Assembly (NCBI GenBank): GCA_026415035.1
Contig: JAOAHX010000008.1
Span: 16,270-80,269, forward strand
Reading direction: 5' to 3'
From: Thermodesulfobacteriota bacterium
GTDB lineage: Bacteria; Desulfobacterota; BSN033; UBA1163
Length of the DNA stretch: 64,000 bases
How positions within the stretch are numbered: position 1 is the first letter of the stretch; each line of letters starts with the position of its first letter. The translations under genes were made by a program, and so were the position numbers. Below are positions 1-8,347 of the stretch, piece by piece. The notes beneath the pieces were generated by a model. That model saw only the letters and a program-made list of their open reading frames with translations. It was not told where the DNA came from and made no database searches.

Positions 1-708
1 CTCGATCCCCTTCAGAAGGGCCTCGCCCTGATGCTGATCACCGACCTCAGCACCCTCAAAGGGCTTCAGGTGGTGGAGCGAATCAAGTTGCAGGCCTTGG
101 TGGAGGAGATGGGATTTGGAACCGCAGGCCTGGTTCAGCCCGGAACGGCTCCCCGGGTGGGAAGACTCCTGGGAGCCAGGTGGATCATCGGGGGAGAGAT
201 CGTCAAAGGGTCGATCCACCTCAAATCGACCCTCCTCGACGTAGGGGAGCAGAGAATTGTGGGGCAGCCCCTCGTGACGGGGGAATTGGCAGACCTGTTT
301 CGTCTCGAAAAAGAGCTCCTCTTCAAGCTGATCGAATTTCTCAAGATCGAGGTCTCCCCGCAGGAGCGGGAGGAGCTTCGGAAATACATTTCCACCAATC
401 TTCGGGCTCTTACCCTCCTCTTCAAGGGGATTGAGGCAAGCGACCGGGGGCAGTACGAAAAAGCCGGCCAATTCTATGAGTCGGCTCTTAAAGAGGATCC
501 CAAGATCTTTGTGGCCCGGAGTGCCTTGCAGGAATTGATCCAGCTGAAATTGATCAAGCCGCAGAAGAGAACCCGTGAGCTTCTCAATTCCTTGAGAGAT
601 CGAAGCTCCCTCACGGATCAACTGACTCCCGAAGACGCAACGAGAAGGGGGCGGGGGCCTTCCGAGATAACCCCCTCCAAGGGCGAAAGGCCCTATAACC
701 CAGATTAA
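1..708 (+). CDS. CsgG/HfaB-like domain protein with C-terminal TPR (5'-truncated by window edge)
   Basis: Frame is open from position 1 (LDPLQKGLALMLITDL). Motif QVVERIKLQALVEEM...VGRLLGARWIIGG is typical of CsgG/TolB-N-like domains; a TPR-like helix pair follows (GQYEKAGQFYESALKEDP). Confidence 0.7.
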   Translation, partial: LDPLQKGLALMLITDLSTLKGLQVVERIKLQALVEEMGFGTAGLVQPGTAPRVGRLLGARWIIGGEIVKGSIHLKSTLLDVGEQRIVGQPLVTGELADLFRLEKELLFKLIEFLKIEVSPQEREELRKYISTNLRALTLLFKGIEASDRGQYEKAGQFYESALKEDPKIFVARSALQELIQLKLIKPQKRTRELLNSLRDRSSLTDQLTPEDATRRGRGPSEITPSKGERPYNPD

Positions 709-780
709 GGGAACAAGGAAAAGGAATCCTGGAACCACGGGCAATATTGAAATACTTTATAGAAATTAGGAGCGATTTTC

Positions 781-2010
781 ATGAAAACTTTCCTTAAATG
801 GGTCATTTTTTCTTTTCACATCCTTCTCGGTTTGGAGGCAAGTTTTGCAGTGGAGTTCGAGGCCCAGACATGGGTTCGGTCGGATTGGTGGAAGGATGAC
901 GTCAATCGTCAGGGTCAGCAGGTCTACATCCCCATCTGTGCCGAAGCCCGTTTTCAAAATCTATCCCTGAGGATCCTTACTGGGGAGGCTTACACCCGAC
1001 TCGACCCGCGTAGAAATCCAAATCGTTCCCTGGCCACTCTCCTTGACACCAAAGTAAACTTTTCCTATGAAATCATTGAGAAATTGCCGGTTGATCTCCT
1101 CGTGGGCCTCGATTTCAACTTGCCCACCGGTAAATCGAACCTCAAGCTTAAAGATCGGGGACTCCTCATGGATCCGGACCTTGTCTCCATTAACAAATTT
1201 GGAGAAGGTTTTAACGTAAATCCCAACCTTAGCATTGCGAAGGATTGGGGAAGGTTCGCTGCGGGAGTCGGTTTGGGTTATGTCTGGAGAGGAGAATACG
1301 ATTTTACCACTCAGGTTTTGGAAATCAACGACTTCTTATTCGGAAGAATTATTAAATTTTATGCCCGGGATTATGATCCGGGGGAGATCTTCAATATCAA
1401 TGCTGAGCTCCGTTATGATGTTTTGCCGAGATTCCAGGGTCGTCTTTACAGCCAGTATGTCTGGTATGGCCGGGACAGGCTGAAGAAAAAGGACTTTTAT
1501 CAGGAAGGTGATCTTTGGATGGTTGGCATGGGGCTCCAATATTCCCAAGAGGAGTGGGAGGTGGAGATCACCTTAAGAGGGCTTCTCCGAGGGAAGAGCA
1601 AAGTGAAACAAGACCCAGGAGATGTTAGCTTGATTCCTCCGGACCGGTGGTATCTCTATGGACTCCGCCAGCCCATCCGGACCGAACCCAAAAACAGCCA
1701 CGGCGACGAATGGGTGGCGGATCTTTCGATCCGATATTTTCTCGACGAAAAGACCGCGCTGAAATCCTTTCTCCAAGGGCTTTACGTCACCAAAAACGAC
1801 TATCCCTTCGGCTCGCCCCGTTTCCTAGGGAGACGAGAGAAAGGCTCCCTCGGTCTCGGCCTCTCCAGGGTGTTGCATCCCTCGCTCCAGGGAGAGCTTA
1901 TCGGCAGAGCCTTCCTCATGCATGACGAAGAACGCTTTATGCCGGAATTTCAGAGCGAGCGGAATTACCGGGGATATTCCGTCGGTCTCTACCTGACCGG
2001 AAAGTTTTGA
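781..2010 (+). CDS. Outer-membrane beta-barrel protein, unknown function
   Basis: AGGAG RBS; signal peptide ending ASFA; alternating amphipathic strands; C-terminal ...VGLYLTGKF with terminal Phe (BAM beta-signal). Confidence 0.7.
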   Translation: MKTFLKWVIFSFHILLGLEASFAVEFEAQTWVRSDWWKDDVNRQGQQVYIPICAEARFQNLSLRILTGEAYTRLDPRRNPNRSLATLLDTKVNFSYEIIEKLPVDLLVGLDFNLPTGKSNLKLKDRGLLMDPDLVSINKFGEGFNVNPNLSIAKDWGRFAAGVGLGYVWRGEYDFTTQVLEINDFLFGRIIKFYARDYDPGEIFNINAELRYDVLPRFQGRLYSQYVWYGRDRLKKKDFYQEGDLWMVGMGLQYSQEEWEVEITLRGLLRGKSKVKQDPGDVSLIPPDRWYLYGLRQPIRTEPKNSHGDEWVADLSIRYFLDEKTALKSFLQGLYVTKNDYPFGSPRFLGRREKGSLGLGLSRVLHPSLQGELIGRAFLMHDEERFMPEFQSERNYRGYSVGLYLTGKF

Positions 2011-2013
2011 ACC

Positions 2014-2514
2014 CTACCGAAGAAGTTCTTCGGCGGCCTTCCTCGTCGCCTCCATCCACCCTTCAAGGCTACCGGAGGCGGAAGTTTTCTGGACCGCCCT
2101 TCTCACCCTTCCGGTTTCGACTTCCACGAGCCTCAAATCGAGGCGCATCTGACCTCCGATGACCTGATAGCCGCCGAAGACCATCTGCTTCGCCCCGAGC
2201 ATTTTTCCCAGTCTCAGCCGGGTCGCTTCGTCGACCAAGGCGGTGGACCCCAGACGAAGCTCTTCAAGGGCAAGCAGAAGGCGCTGCCTCTCGACCACGA
2301 CATACTCCCTGCGCTCCTTCAGAAATTCGATGATCTTCCCGGCAAGGATTTCTCCCATGGGAAGCCTTGTCCCTTTGGCCGGGCTCAGATCATCGAGGTC
2401 CCAGACGGCGATCGTTTCTACCTTCTGCTCCCCCGGGGGGGAAGTGGCGCAGCCGGTCAGAATCCATAAGCCACACAAGAAAAAAATCGTCCCGGTCAGG
2501 TCTCTCTTCCTCAT
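2014..2514 (-). CDS. CsgG/HfaB-family lipoprotein
   Basis: Lipobox ILTGC; IAVWDL...VVVERQRLLLALEELRLG...LGKMLGAKQMVFG...RLVEVETG. Confidence 0.75.
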   Translation of the reverse strand: MRKRDLTGTIFFLCGLWILTGCATSPPGEQKVETIAVWDLDDLSPAKGTRLPMGEILAGKIIEFLKERREYVVVERQRLLLALEELRLGSTALVDEATRLRLGKMLGAKQMVFGGYQVIGGQMRLDLRLVEVETGRVRRAVQKTSASGSLEGWMEATRKAAEELLR

Positions 2515-2518
2515 CGTC

Positions 2519-4474
2519 CTATCTCAATGCGACCTCCTCGGCCCTCTCCTGGACTTTGTCGTCTGTCCGGAAGGGCCGGGTCTGTTCGAGGATCTTGGCA
2601 TAGCTGAAATCTGGTTCGACCCGAACGACCTCCATCCGGCCCGCAGACTTGGGAGTGCCCCGTAGCGTCTTACCCTTATAGGTTATCTCTTCCCCTTCCT
2701 CGATCACTTCCAGTTTGGTTCCCACCACCATTCCATGTTTCGCCCCGAGATTGAGGACGACCTGGTCCCCCGTGACTTTGACGATATATCCCCTCAGAGG
2801 ATATTTGGTCACGACCGTCTTCAAAATCTCCCGATTCAGCTGAAAGAGTTCCTTTTCGAGAGAGGCTTGGGGAGGGATCTGTCGGGTGGTGACCTGCGGG
2901 ATGGCCGTGGTCTCGGTATCGATCAGCCTCAGATTGAGGAGCGTGCCCTGGGGGAGATAGAGGAGCGAGCCTGTGCCGATCAGCCTGGCCGCCAGAACCC
3001 GCCCCAATTTAAGGGCGGTCTCCGGATTGGCCAGTTCGGACGAGCCGATGTTCAGCTCCTCAAGGAGGCGGTCGATCAAAATCCTTTCGACGACCTTGAC
3101 CCTTCCGGAGGCATTGAGATGGTCCGCCAACTGACTCATCAGCACGGCTGAAAGACCATCTCTTTCGGCAAGGCCTCCCCTTTCCTGAAAATCGACAAAG
3201 GTCAGCACCATAGGGGGAGACGTCCAGGCGTCTTCGACCTTCCTGGCCTCTTCCTTTTGTGCCCTGAAGCGGGCGGCCAGCTCCTTCACAAGTTGATCGA
3301 CCCGTTCTTTTCGTTTGAGGTCTTTCTGAAGATCGATCATCTCCTGGGCCTTTTTGGCAAGGACGGCGGCAAAGGTGTCCGTCTTATCGAGGGCCAGGGC
3401 CATCCGGTAGGATTCGAGGGCCTGATCCCATTTGCCCTCTTTTTCAAAAGTCAACCCCTTATTGGTCGTCCCTTCGATATAATAAGGATCGATCTGGATC
3501 GCCTGGTCGTAGAATTCTCGAGCTTTACCATATTGTCCCGCGTTGGCGTAATAGCGTCCCATTTGATTGTAGCGGAGGGCCTCCTGATAGGGTTCGACGG
3601 TCTTTTTCTGTATCCCCTTCTGATATTCCGTCTCGGCCTCCTTCCTCTTATCCTGGGCGTAAAGCAGGTCGCCCTTGACGACGTGGACATAGGCTCGATC
3701 AGGGGCCTTCTGCTCGACCTCCCTCGCCAGCTGAAGGGCCTTTTCGGATTCCCCCTTCTTCGCATAGACCGTGGCGAGCCCCTCTTTGCCAAGGATCTCT
3801 CCCTGGCCACCCTTTTGAGAGACCTCTTTGAAGACCTCCTCAGCCTCCTTCAGGTTCTGCTCTTTGAGGGCCGCATAGCCCTTAACGGTCTGGGCTTTCA
3901 CGTTCTGGGGATTCTTCTTCACGACATCGTCGCTGATGGCCTTGGCAAGCTTGGTCTGCCTCCTCTGGAGCTCCCTTTCGGCGACCCGAACGAGCATCGC
4001 CTCCGTCGTCTTTCCCCCTCCCTGGAAGTAGTCGAGGACCTTCAGGCCTGGACCGAGGATACAAACCGTGGGAAGGACCTGCCGGGCCCGGTAAAGGTCG
4101 CTCACCTTGGCAACGTCCTGCAGAACCGGGAAGAGGATCCCCGTGCTTTCGACGAATTTCGAGACCTTCTCCCTGGAGGAGAGGGTGATGGCCCATACCG
4201 TCATCGACGCTTCCTGATGTTGTCTGGCAAGCTGGTGGAGGGTGAAGAGCCCCTCCTGGCTGGGCCGGGAGTCGACATCGAAAAAGTAGAGGATCACCAT
4301 CGATCGGTCCTTCAGCATCGAGAGGTCATGGACTTGGCCTTTCAGGTCTTTCAACGAGAAGGTGGGGGCGCTCTGGCCCGGTGCGACCTGTCCATAGCTT
4401 ACGGGCATGCCCAAGATCAGGAAGACCGTTACCGACATCAAGAAGCGACCCAGGTTGAGCACTGGCTTTTTCAT
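2519..4474 (-). CDS. Exported multidomain protein: Cys-less redoxin + TPR repeats + CsgG-like + FlgT-C-like domain
   Basis: Signal peptide; GQSAPTFSLKDLKG (AhpC/TlpA fold); TPR repeats; KVVERILIDRLLEEL...LGRVLAA; C-terminal VVLNLGAKHGMVVGTKLEV. Confidence 0.7.
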   Translation of the reverse strand: MKKPVLNLGRFLMSVTVFLILGMPVSYGQVAPGQSAPTFSLKDLKGQVHDLSMLKDRSMVILYFFDVDSRPSQEGLFTLHQLARQHQEASMTVWAITLSSREKVSKFVESTGILFPVLQDVAKVSDLYRARQVLPTVCILGPGLKVLDYFQGGGKTTEAMLVRVAERELQRRQTKLAKAISDDVVKKNPQNVKAQTVKGYAALKEQNLKEAEEVFKEVSQKGGQGEILGKEGLATVYAKKGESEKALQLAREVEQKAPDRAYVHVVKGDLLYAQDKRKEAETEYQKGIQKKTVEPYQEALRYNQMGRYYANAGQYGKAREFYDQAIQIDPYYIEGTTNKGLTFEKEGKWDQALESYRMALALDKTDTFAAVLAKKAQEMIDLQKDLKRKERVDQLVKELAARFRAQKEEARKVEDAWTSPPMVLTFVDFQERGGLAERDGLSAVLMSQLADHLNASGRVKVVERILIDRLLEELNIGSSELANPETALKLGRVLAARLIGTGSLLYLPQGTLLNLRLIDTETTAIPQVTTRQIPPQASLEKELFQLNREILKTVVTKYPLRGYIVKVTGDQVVLNLGAKHGMVVGTKLEVIEEGEEITYKGKTLRGTPKSAGRMEVVRVEPDFSYAKILEQTRPFRTDDKVQERAEEVALR

Positions 4475-4486
4475 AAACTCCCTCCC

Positions 4487-5671
4487 TCATCTATTCCCTT
4501 CGCGGATGGGAATCAACCGCACCTGCAAAGGGGTTTCTCCTTCCTCGGTGATCTGGACCTGCGCCTCCCAGTCGTGGTGGTCTGGATGGGTGATCCGAAC
4601 CTCATGCTTGCCGACCGGAAGGCTCAAGGTTAAAGGGGCATTCCCTTTAAAAGCACCGTCGATGAAGACCTGTGCTCCGAGGGGATGACTCTCGATCCTC
4701 AACGAGCCCAGGAGGACCTTTTCCACGACATCCGGTTTCGACCCTTTCGAAGTGACAAACCAATAGCCTGTCCCCCCCAGGCCCAAAAGCATCAGAACCA
4801 ATATCAGCATGGGGAGAAAGCGCGATCTCGCCCCTTTCTCCTCTTGGGAGACGGAGGGCTTCTCTTCGACCGATTCCAGCAAGGCCCGGGCCAGGGCAGA
4901 ACCCGTTTGGAAGCGTTCCTCCGGCCCCTTTTTGAGGCATCTCAAAATGGTTTGAGACAGTTTCGGGGGAATGGACGGGTTGATCTGGGAAGGCTCGGGA
5001 GGATGGGCCTGGACGATGGCCTGGAAGATGGCCGACATATTTTCGCCCACAAAGGGCCTCTGACGGGTGGCCAGTTCGTAGAGCACGATGCCCAAAGAGA
5101 AGAGGTCCGAACGGCCATCCACCGGACGCCCCTGGACCTGCTCTGGCGACATGTAGGCTGGGGTGCCCAGGATCTCCCCGGCTTGCGTCTGAACCAGGGC
5201 CGAAGGGTCTTCGATGTGGGCGATTCCGAAATCGGTGATCTTGATCTGGCCGTCTTTTTGGAGGAGGATGTTGCTCGGTTTCACATCCCTGTGGACGATC
5301 CCCTTCTGATGGGCATAACCGAGGGTTTCGGCGATCTGGGCCCCCCAACGGGCGATCTCCTGAAAAGAGACCTTTCCCTCCTGAACCACCCGATTTAGCG
5401 GGATCCCTTCGAGGAGCTCCATGGCGATGAAGATGGTCCCATGGTCTTCCCCTACATCATAGATCGTCACGATGTTCGGGTGGGAAAGCCTGCCGATCGC
5501 CCTGGCTTCTTTCAGAAAGCGTTGGACAAAGGCCTCGCTGGTGACCCGGTCTTCCCGGAGCACCTTGAGGGCGATGGACCGGTCGATCTGGGGATCGTAC
5601 GCCTTATAGACGACCCCCATCGACCCTTTGCCCAGCTCTTCGATAATCTCGTAACGGCCGTATTTCATCAA
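4487..5671 (-). CDS. Hanks-type Ser/Thr protein kinase with TM helix and PEGA domain (PpkA-like by context)
   Basis: LGKGSMGVVY, IALK, HRDVKPSN, DFG and GTPAYMSPE motifs; TM segment; PEGA motif IESHPLGAQVFIDG. Confidence 0.92.
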   Translation of the reverse strand: MMKYGRYEIIEELGKGSMGVVYKAYDPQIDRSIALKVLREDRVTSEAFVQRFLKEARAIGRLSHPNIVTIYDVGEDHGTIFIAMELLEGIPLNRVVQEGKVSFQEIARWGAQIAETLGYAHQKGIVHRDVKPSNILLQKDGQIKITDFGIAHIEDPSALVQTQAGEILGTPAYMSPEQVQGRPVDGRSDLFSLGIVLYELATRQRPFVGENMSAIFQAIVQAHPPEPSQINPSIPPKLSQTILRCLKKGPEERFQTGSALARALLESVEEKPSVSQEEKGARSRFLPMLILVLMLLGLGGTGYWFVTSKGSKPDVVEKVLLGSLRIESHPLGAQVFIDGAFKGNAPLTLSLPVGKHEVRITHPDHHDWEAQVQITEEGETPLQVRLIPIREGNR

Positions 5672-5674
5672 GGG

Positions 5675-6631
5675 TCAATCCTTCATGAAGTCCGCGAGGG
5701 TGGAGACGGGGATGAGAAACCCGATCCCCGAAACCCCCCGATACCTCCCCTTGATCATCCCCACCAAATGCCCTTCACGGTCAAAGACGGGGCTTCCGCT
5801 GCTTCCCGGTTGAATCTCCATTTCCGCCTGATAAAGGGGAAGATCATTGACCCACCTCATGGGGCCGTCGATCGTACCGGTGAGGAAGCGTCTCGTATGA
5901 TTGGGACAGCCGAGGGCGAAGATTTTATCTCCGTGTTGGAGGGGTCTCCGAATGGGCGAAAGGGGAACCGAGACATTCCATTTCGAGCGGATATCGATCA
6001 GAGTCAGATCCCGGCGGGGATCGATCTTCTTGATGGAACCCCGTAGGATCCGTCCATCCGGAAGGGTGACCGAGACCTCCGAGATGCCTTTGAGATCGTG
6101 CGCGGTGGATAGGATGAGGCCTTTGCGGTCCGCGACGAAGCCGGTAAACTGCATCGTTTCCTTCCCGTTGGAGACGCCCAGACAGACCAGGGCCTCCATT
6201 TTCTGCTGGACTTTCTGTGGAATCGTCTCAGAAACTTTCTCGGAGGCTCTCGGACATTCTTCTTTGAATTGGCCCTCAAGAAAGGCCTCAAGGTCAGCCA
6301 GGACCTCCTCCGAAGTTCTCATCTCCCCTTCCCCACGAAGGACCTGGACCTGGGTGGCTAAGGCCGATTTCGGCCTGAGGACGAGGACCAACACCTCCTT
6401 CTCTTTTTTGATTCCCCTGAGGTGAATCTCCAACCCTTCCCTCTCCTGTCGGTGAACCTCTAAGCCCCCTTGGAGAAGCCATCGGACGAGGAGATGCTCG
6501 ATCTCTCTTACGGGAAGGGGGAGAAGCTTCTCTTCGGCCCGAGGGAAAACAGGGCTCGCGGAGAAGATCAAGAGGAGCCAGAGGAGAACAGCCCGACATC
6601 GGTTCGGCCTCACCTTTCCTCCATCTCGCAC
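5675..6631 (-). CDS. Exported trypsin-like (S1) serine protease without PDZ
   Basis: Triad motifs TAHD, DLTLI, PGSSGSP; N-terminal signal peptide and an extra N-terminal domain. Confidence 0.85.
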   Translation of the reverse strand: MRDGGKVRPNRCRAVLLWLLLIFSASPVFPRAEEKLLPLPVREIEHLLVRWLLQGGLEVHRQEREGLEIHLRGIKKEKEVLVLVLRPKSALATQVQVLRGEGEMRTSEEVLADLEAFLEGQFKEECPRASEKVSETIPQKVQQKMEALVCLGVSNGKETMQFTGFVADRKGLILSTAHDLKGISEVSVTLPDGRILRGSIKKIDPRRDLTLIDIRSKWNVSVPLSPIRRPLQHGDKIFALGCPNHTRRFLTGTIDGPMRWVNDLPLYQAEMEIQPGSSGSPVFDREGHLVGMIKGRYRGVSGIGFLIPVSTLADFMKD

Positions 6632-7344
6632 AAGACCACGGTGATATTGTCCTTTCCCCCTGCGGCCTTGGCCAGATCGATCAGGCCCTCCCCTTTTTGA
6701 TCGAGGCGGAGGGAGGAGTGGAGGAGGTTCAAGATTTCATCATCCTCCACCATATCGGTCAACCCATCCGAGCAGAGCAGAAAGAGGTCGCCCGGAAAGA
6801 CCCTCCCTCTGATCAAATCCAAGGCTAAGGCCTCTTCAATGCCAACGGCCCGGAGGATGACGTGCCGCATGGGATGGTGTTTTGCCTCCTCTTTCTGGAG
6901 CAGCCCCTGATCGATCTGTGCCTGAAGATAAGAGTGGTCCCGGGTCAGCTGTCTCAATTCTCCTTTTCTCAGGAGGTAGGTCCGGCTATCGCCCACATGG
7001 CCTAAGACGTAGGTCTGATTCGAGAAGGTGATCAGTTCTGCCGTGCAACCGAGGCCCTGATGATGGGGATGGGTGGCCGAATATTTCAGGATCTTTTCAT
7101 TGGCAAGCTGGAAGGCCTTTTGGACCGACCTGGAGCTCTCCTCTCCGGGGCGTAGGATTGAGGTGGAAAAGACCTCGAGGGCGGTATCGATAAAGATTTG
7201 GCTTGCGACTTCCCCTGCGGCCGCCCCCCCCATGCCATCGGCAACCACAAAGAGATTTAATTCGGGTTTTATGAGGAAGGCGTCTTCGTTGTTGGCCCGT
7301 TTCAAGCCCGGATCGGACCTGCCGTAAGACCGTATTTCAAACAT
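6610..7344 (-). CDS. PP2C-family Ser/Thr phosphatase (Stp1/PppA-like)
   Basis: NED, VADGMGG, HVGDSR, LCSDGL and GGKDNITV motifs. Confidence 0.93.
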   Translation of the reverse strand: MFEIRSYGRSDPGLKRANNEDAFLIKPELNLFVVADGMGGAAAGEVASQIFIDTALEVFSTSILRPGEESSRSVQKAFQLANEKILKYSATHPHHQGLGCTAELITFSNQTYVLGHVGDSRTYLLRKGELRQLTRDHSYLQAQIDQGLLQKEEAKHHPMRHVILRAVGIEEALALDLIRGRVFPGDLFLLCSDGLTDMVEDDEILNLLHSSLRLDQKGEGLIDLAKAAGGKDNITVVLCEMEER

Positions 7345-7349
7345 GACTC

Positions 7350-7416
7350 ATTATACAAAAATTGTCTCTGTATTGGCAATAATTTTTCTTGACCCGGGGG
7401 ACGGGTTGGTTATAAT
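7350..7416. promoter_or_regulatory. Divergent sigma70-like promoters
   Basis: Minus strand TTGCCA(7379-7374)-18 nt-TATAAT(7355-7350); plus strand TTGACC(7389-7394)-16 nt-TATAAT(7411-7416). Confidence 0.6.
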
Positions 7417-7428
7417 TTATTCGGACCG

Positions 7429-8313
7429 ATGAAGAAAGCCCCGTTAATCATAGCCCAATTTTTCCACATCAAAGGGCCCTTGCCTGTGAACGGGAAGGAG
7501 GCGGAGTTTTCGAGCCCTTCCATCACCATCGGCCGACATCCCTCGAGCCAGCTCCGTTTTCCCGGAGATCTCACCTATATCTCCCGCCAGCATGCCGAGA
7601 TCGTCCGCGAGGGCAATCAATTTAAGCTGATCGATCACAGCACCAACGGCACCTACGTGAATGGGAAAAGGGTGAAGGAGATTTTCCTGAAAGACGGAGA
7701 TGTCCTGATGTTCGGCGAGGGAGGGCCTCAGGTGAGTTTCCTCACCCGGATGGCAGAGGGGAGCCTCGAAAGCGAGGCGGTGCCCGTCCCACCCCCTCGT
7801 GTGACCGAAAAGGAGGTTGGAGGAGAGCCGCCCCGGATCGAGAAACCTTCCATACCCTCCCCACCTCCCGAACCAAAGATTTCGGAGGTCTCCCCTCAGG
7901 TGGTTAAAGTACCGCTGATCATCCAGTACGGACCCACCATCCGCTCTTTCAAACAATTACCCGTCACCATCGGAAAAGGCCCTGCCTGCGACTATCCCTT
8001 GGAACATCCCGCCCTCCATGACCAACACGCCCAGATTTTTTTCAGCGAGGGCCAATACTACGTCAGAGACCTGACCGGCCAGAAATTGGTCCATATCGAC
8101 CGAAGGCCCATCGACTTCCAGGCCCCTTTAAAGGCAAGCGACGAACTGGCACTGACCCCCCAAGGACCCTTCTTTCGATTCTTCGGCGAGGGCCGCCTGG
8201 GCGAGGTGGAGGAAGTCAAAGAGGAAGCGCCTATGGAGGCCCCAAAGACTTCCCCGGAGCCATCGGAAGAAAAATCTGTCCTTTCGAAGTTAAAAAAGAT
8301 CTTTAAATCCTGA
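7429..8313 (+). CDS. Tandem FHA-domain protein
   Basis: First FHA is canonical (IGRH..ISRQHA..STNGT); Pro-rich linker; second FHA is degenerate (IGKG..LHDQHA). Confidence 0.88.
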   Translation: MKKAPLIIAQFFHIKGPLPVNGKEAEFSSPSITIGRHPSSQLRFPGDLTYISRQHAEIVREGNQFKLIDHSTNGTYVNGKRVKEIFLKDGDVLMFGEGGPQVSFLTRMAEGSLESEAVPVPPPRVTEKEVGGEPPRIEKPSIPSPPPEPKISEVSPQVVKVPLIIQYGPTIRSFKQLPVTIGKGPACDYPLEHPALHDQHAQIFFSEGQYYVRDLTGQKLVHIDRRPIDFQAPLKASDELALTPQGPFFRFFGEGRLGEVEEVKEEAPMEAPKTSPEPSEEKSVLSKLKKIFKS

Positions 8314-8347
8314 TCCGGGAGCCGGCCCCTCCCCGCAGGAGGTCACG

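Noticed and set aside
1..2514. Curli biogenesis locus
   Set aside because: CsgG-like domains are present but no curlin-repeat (csgA/csgB) or csgE/csgF genes.
3257..4633. 458-aa plus-strand ORF
   Set aside because: Antisense to the TPR protein and kinase; no recognisable domain.
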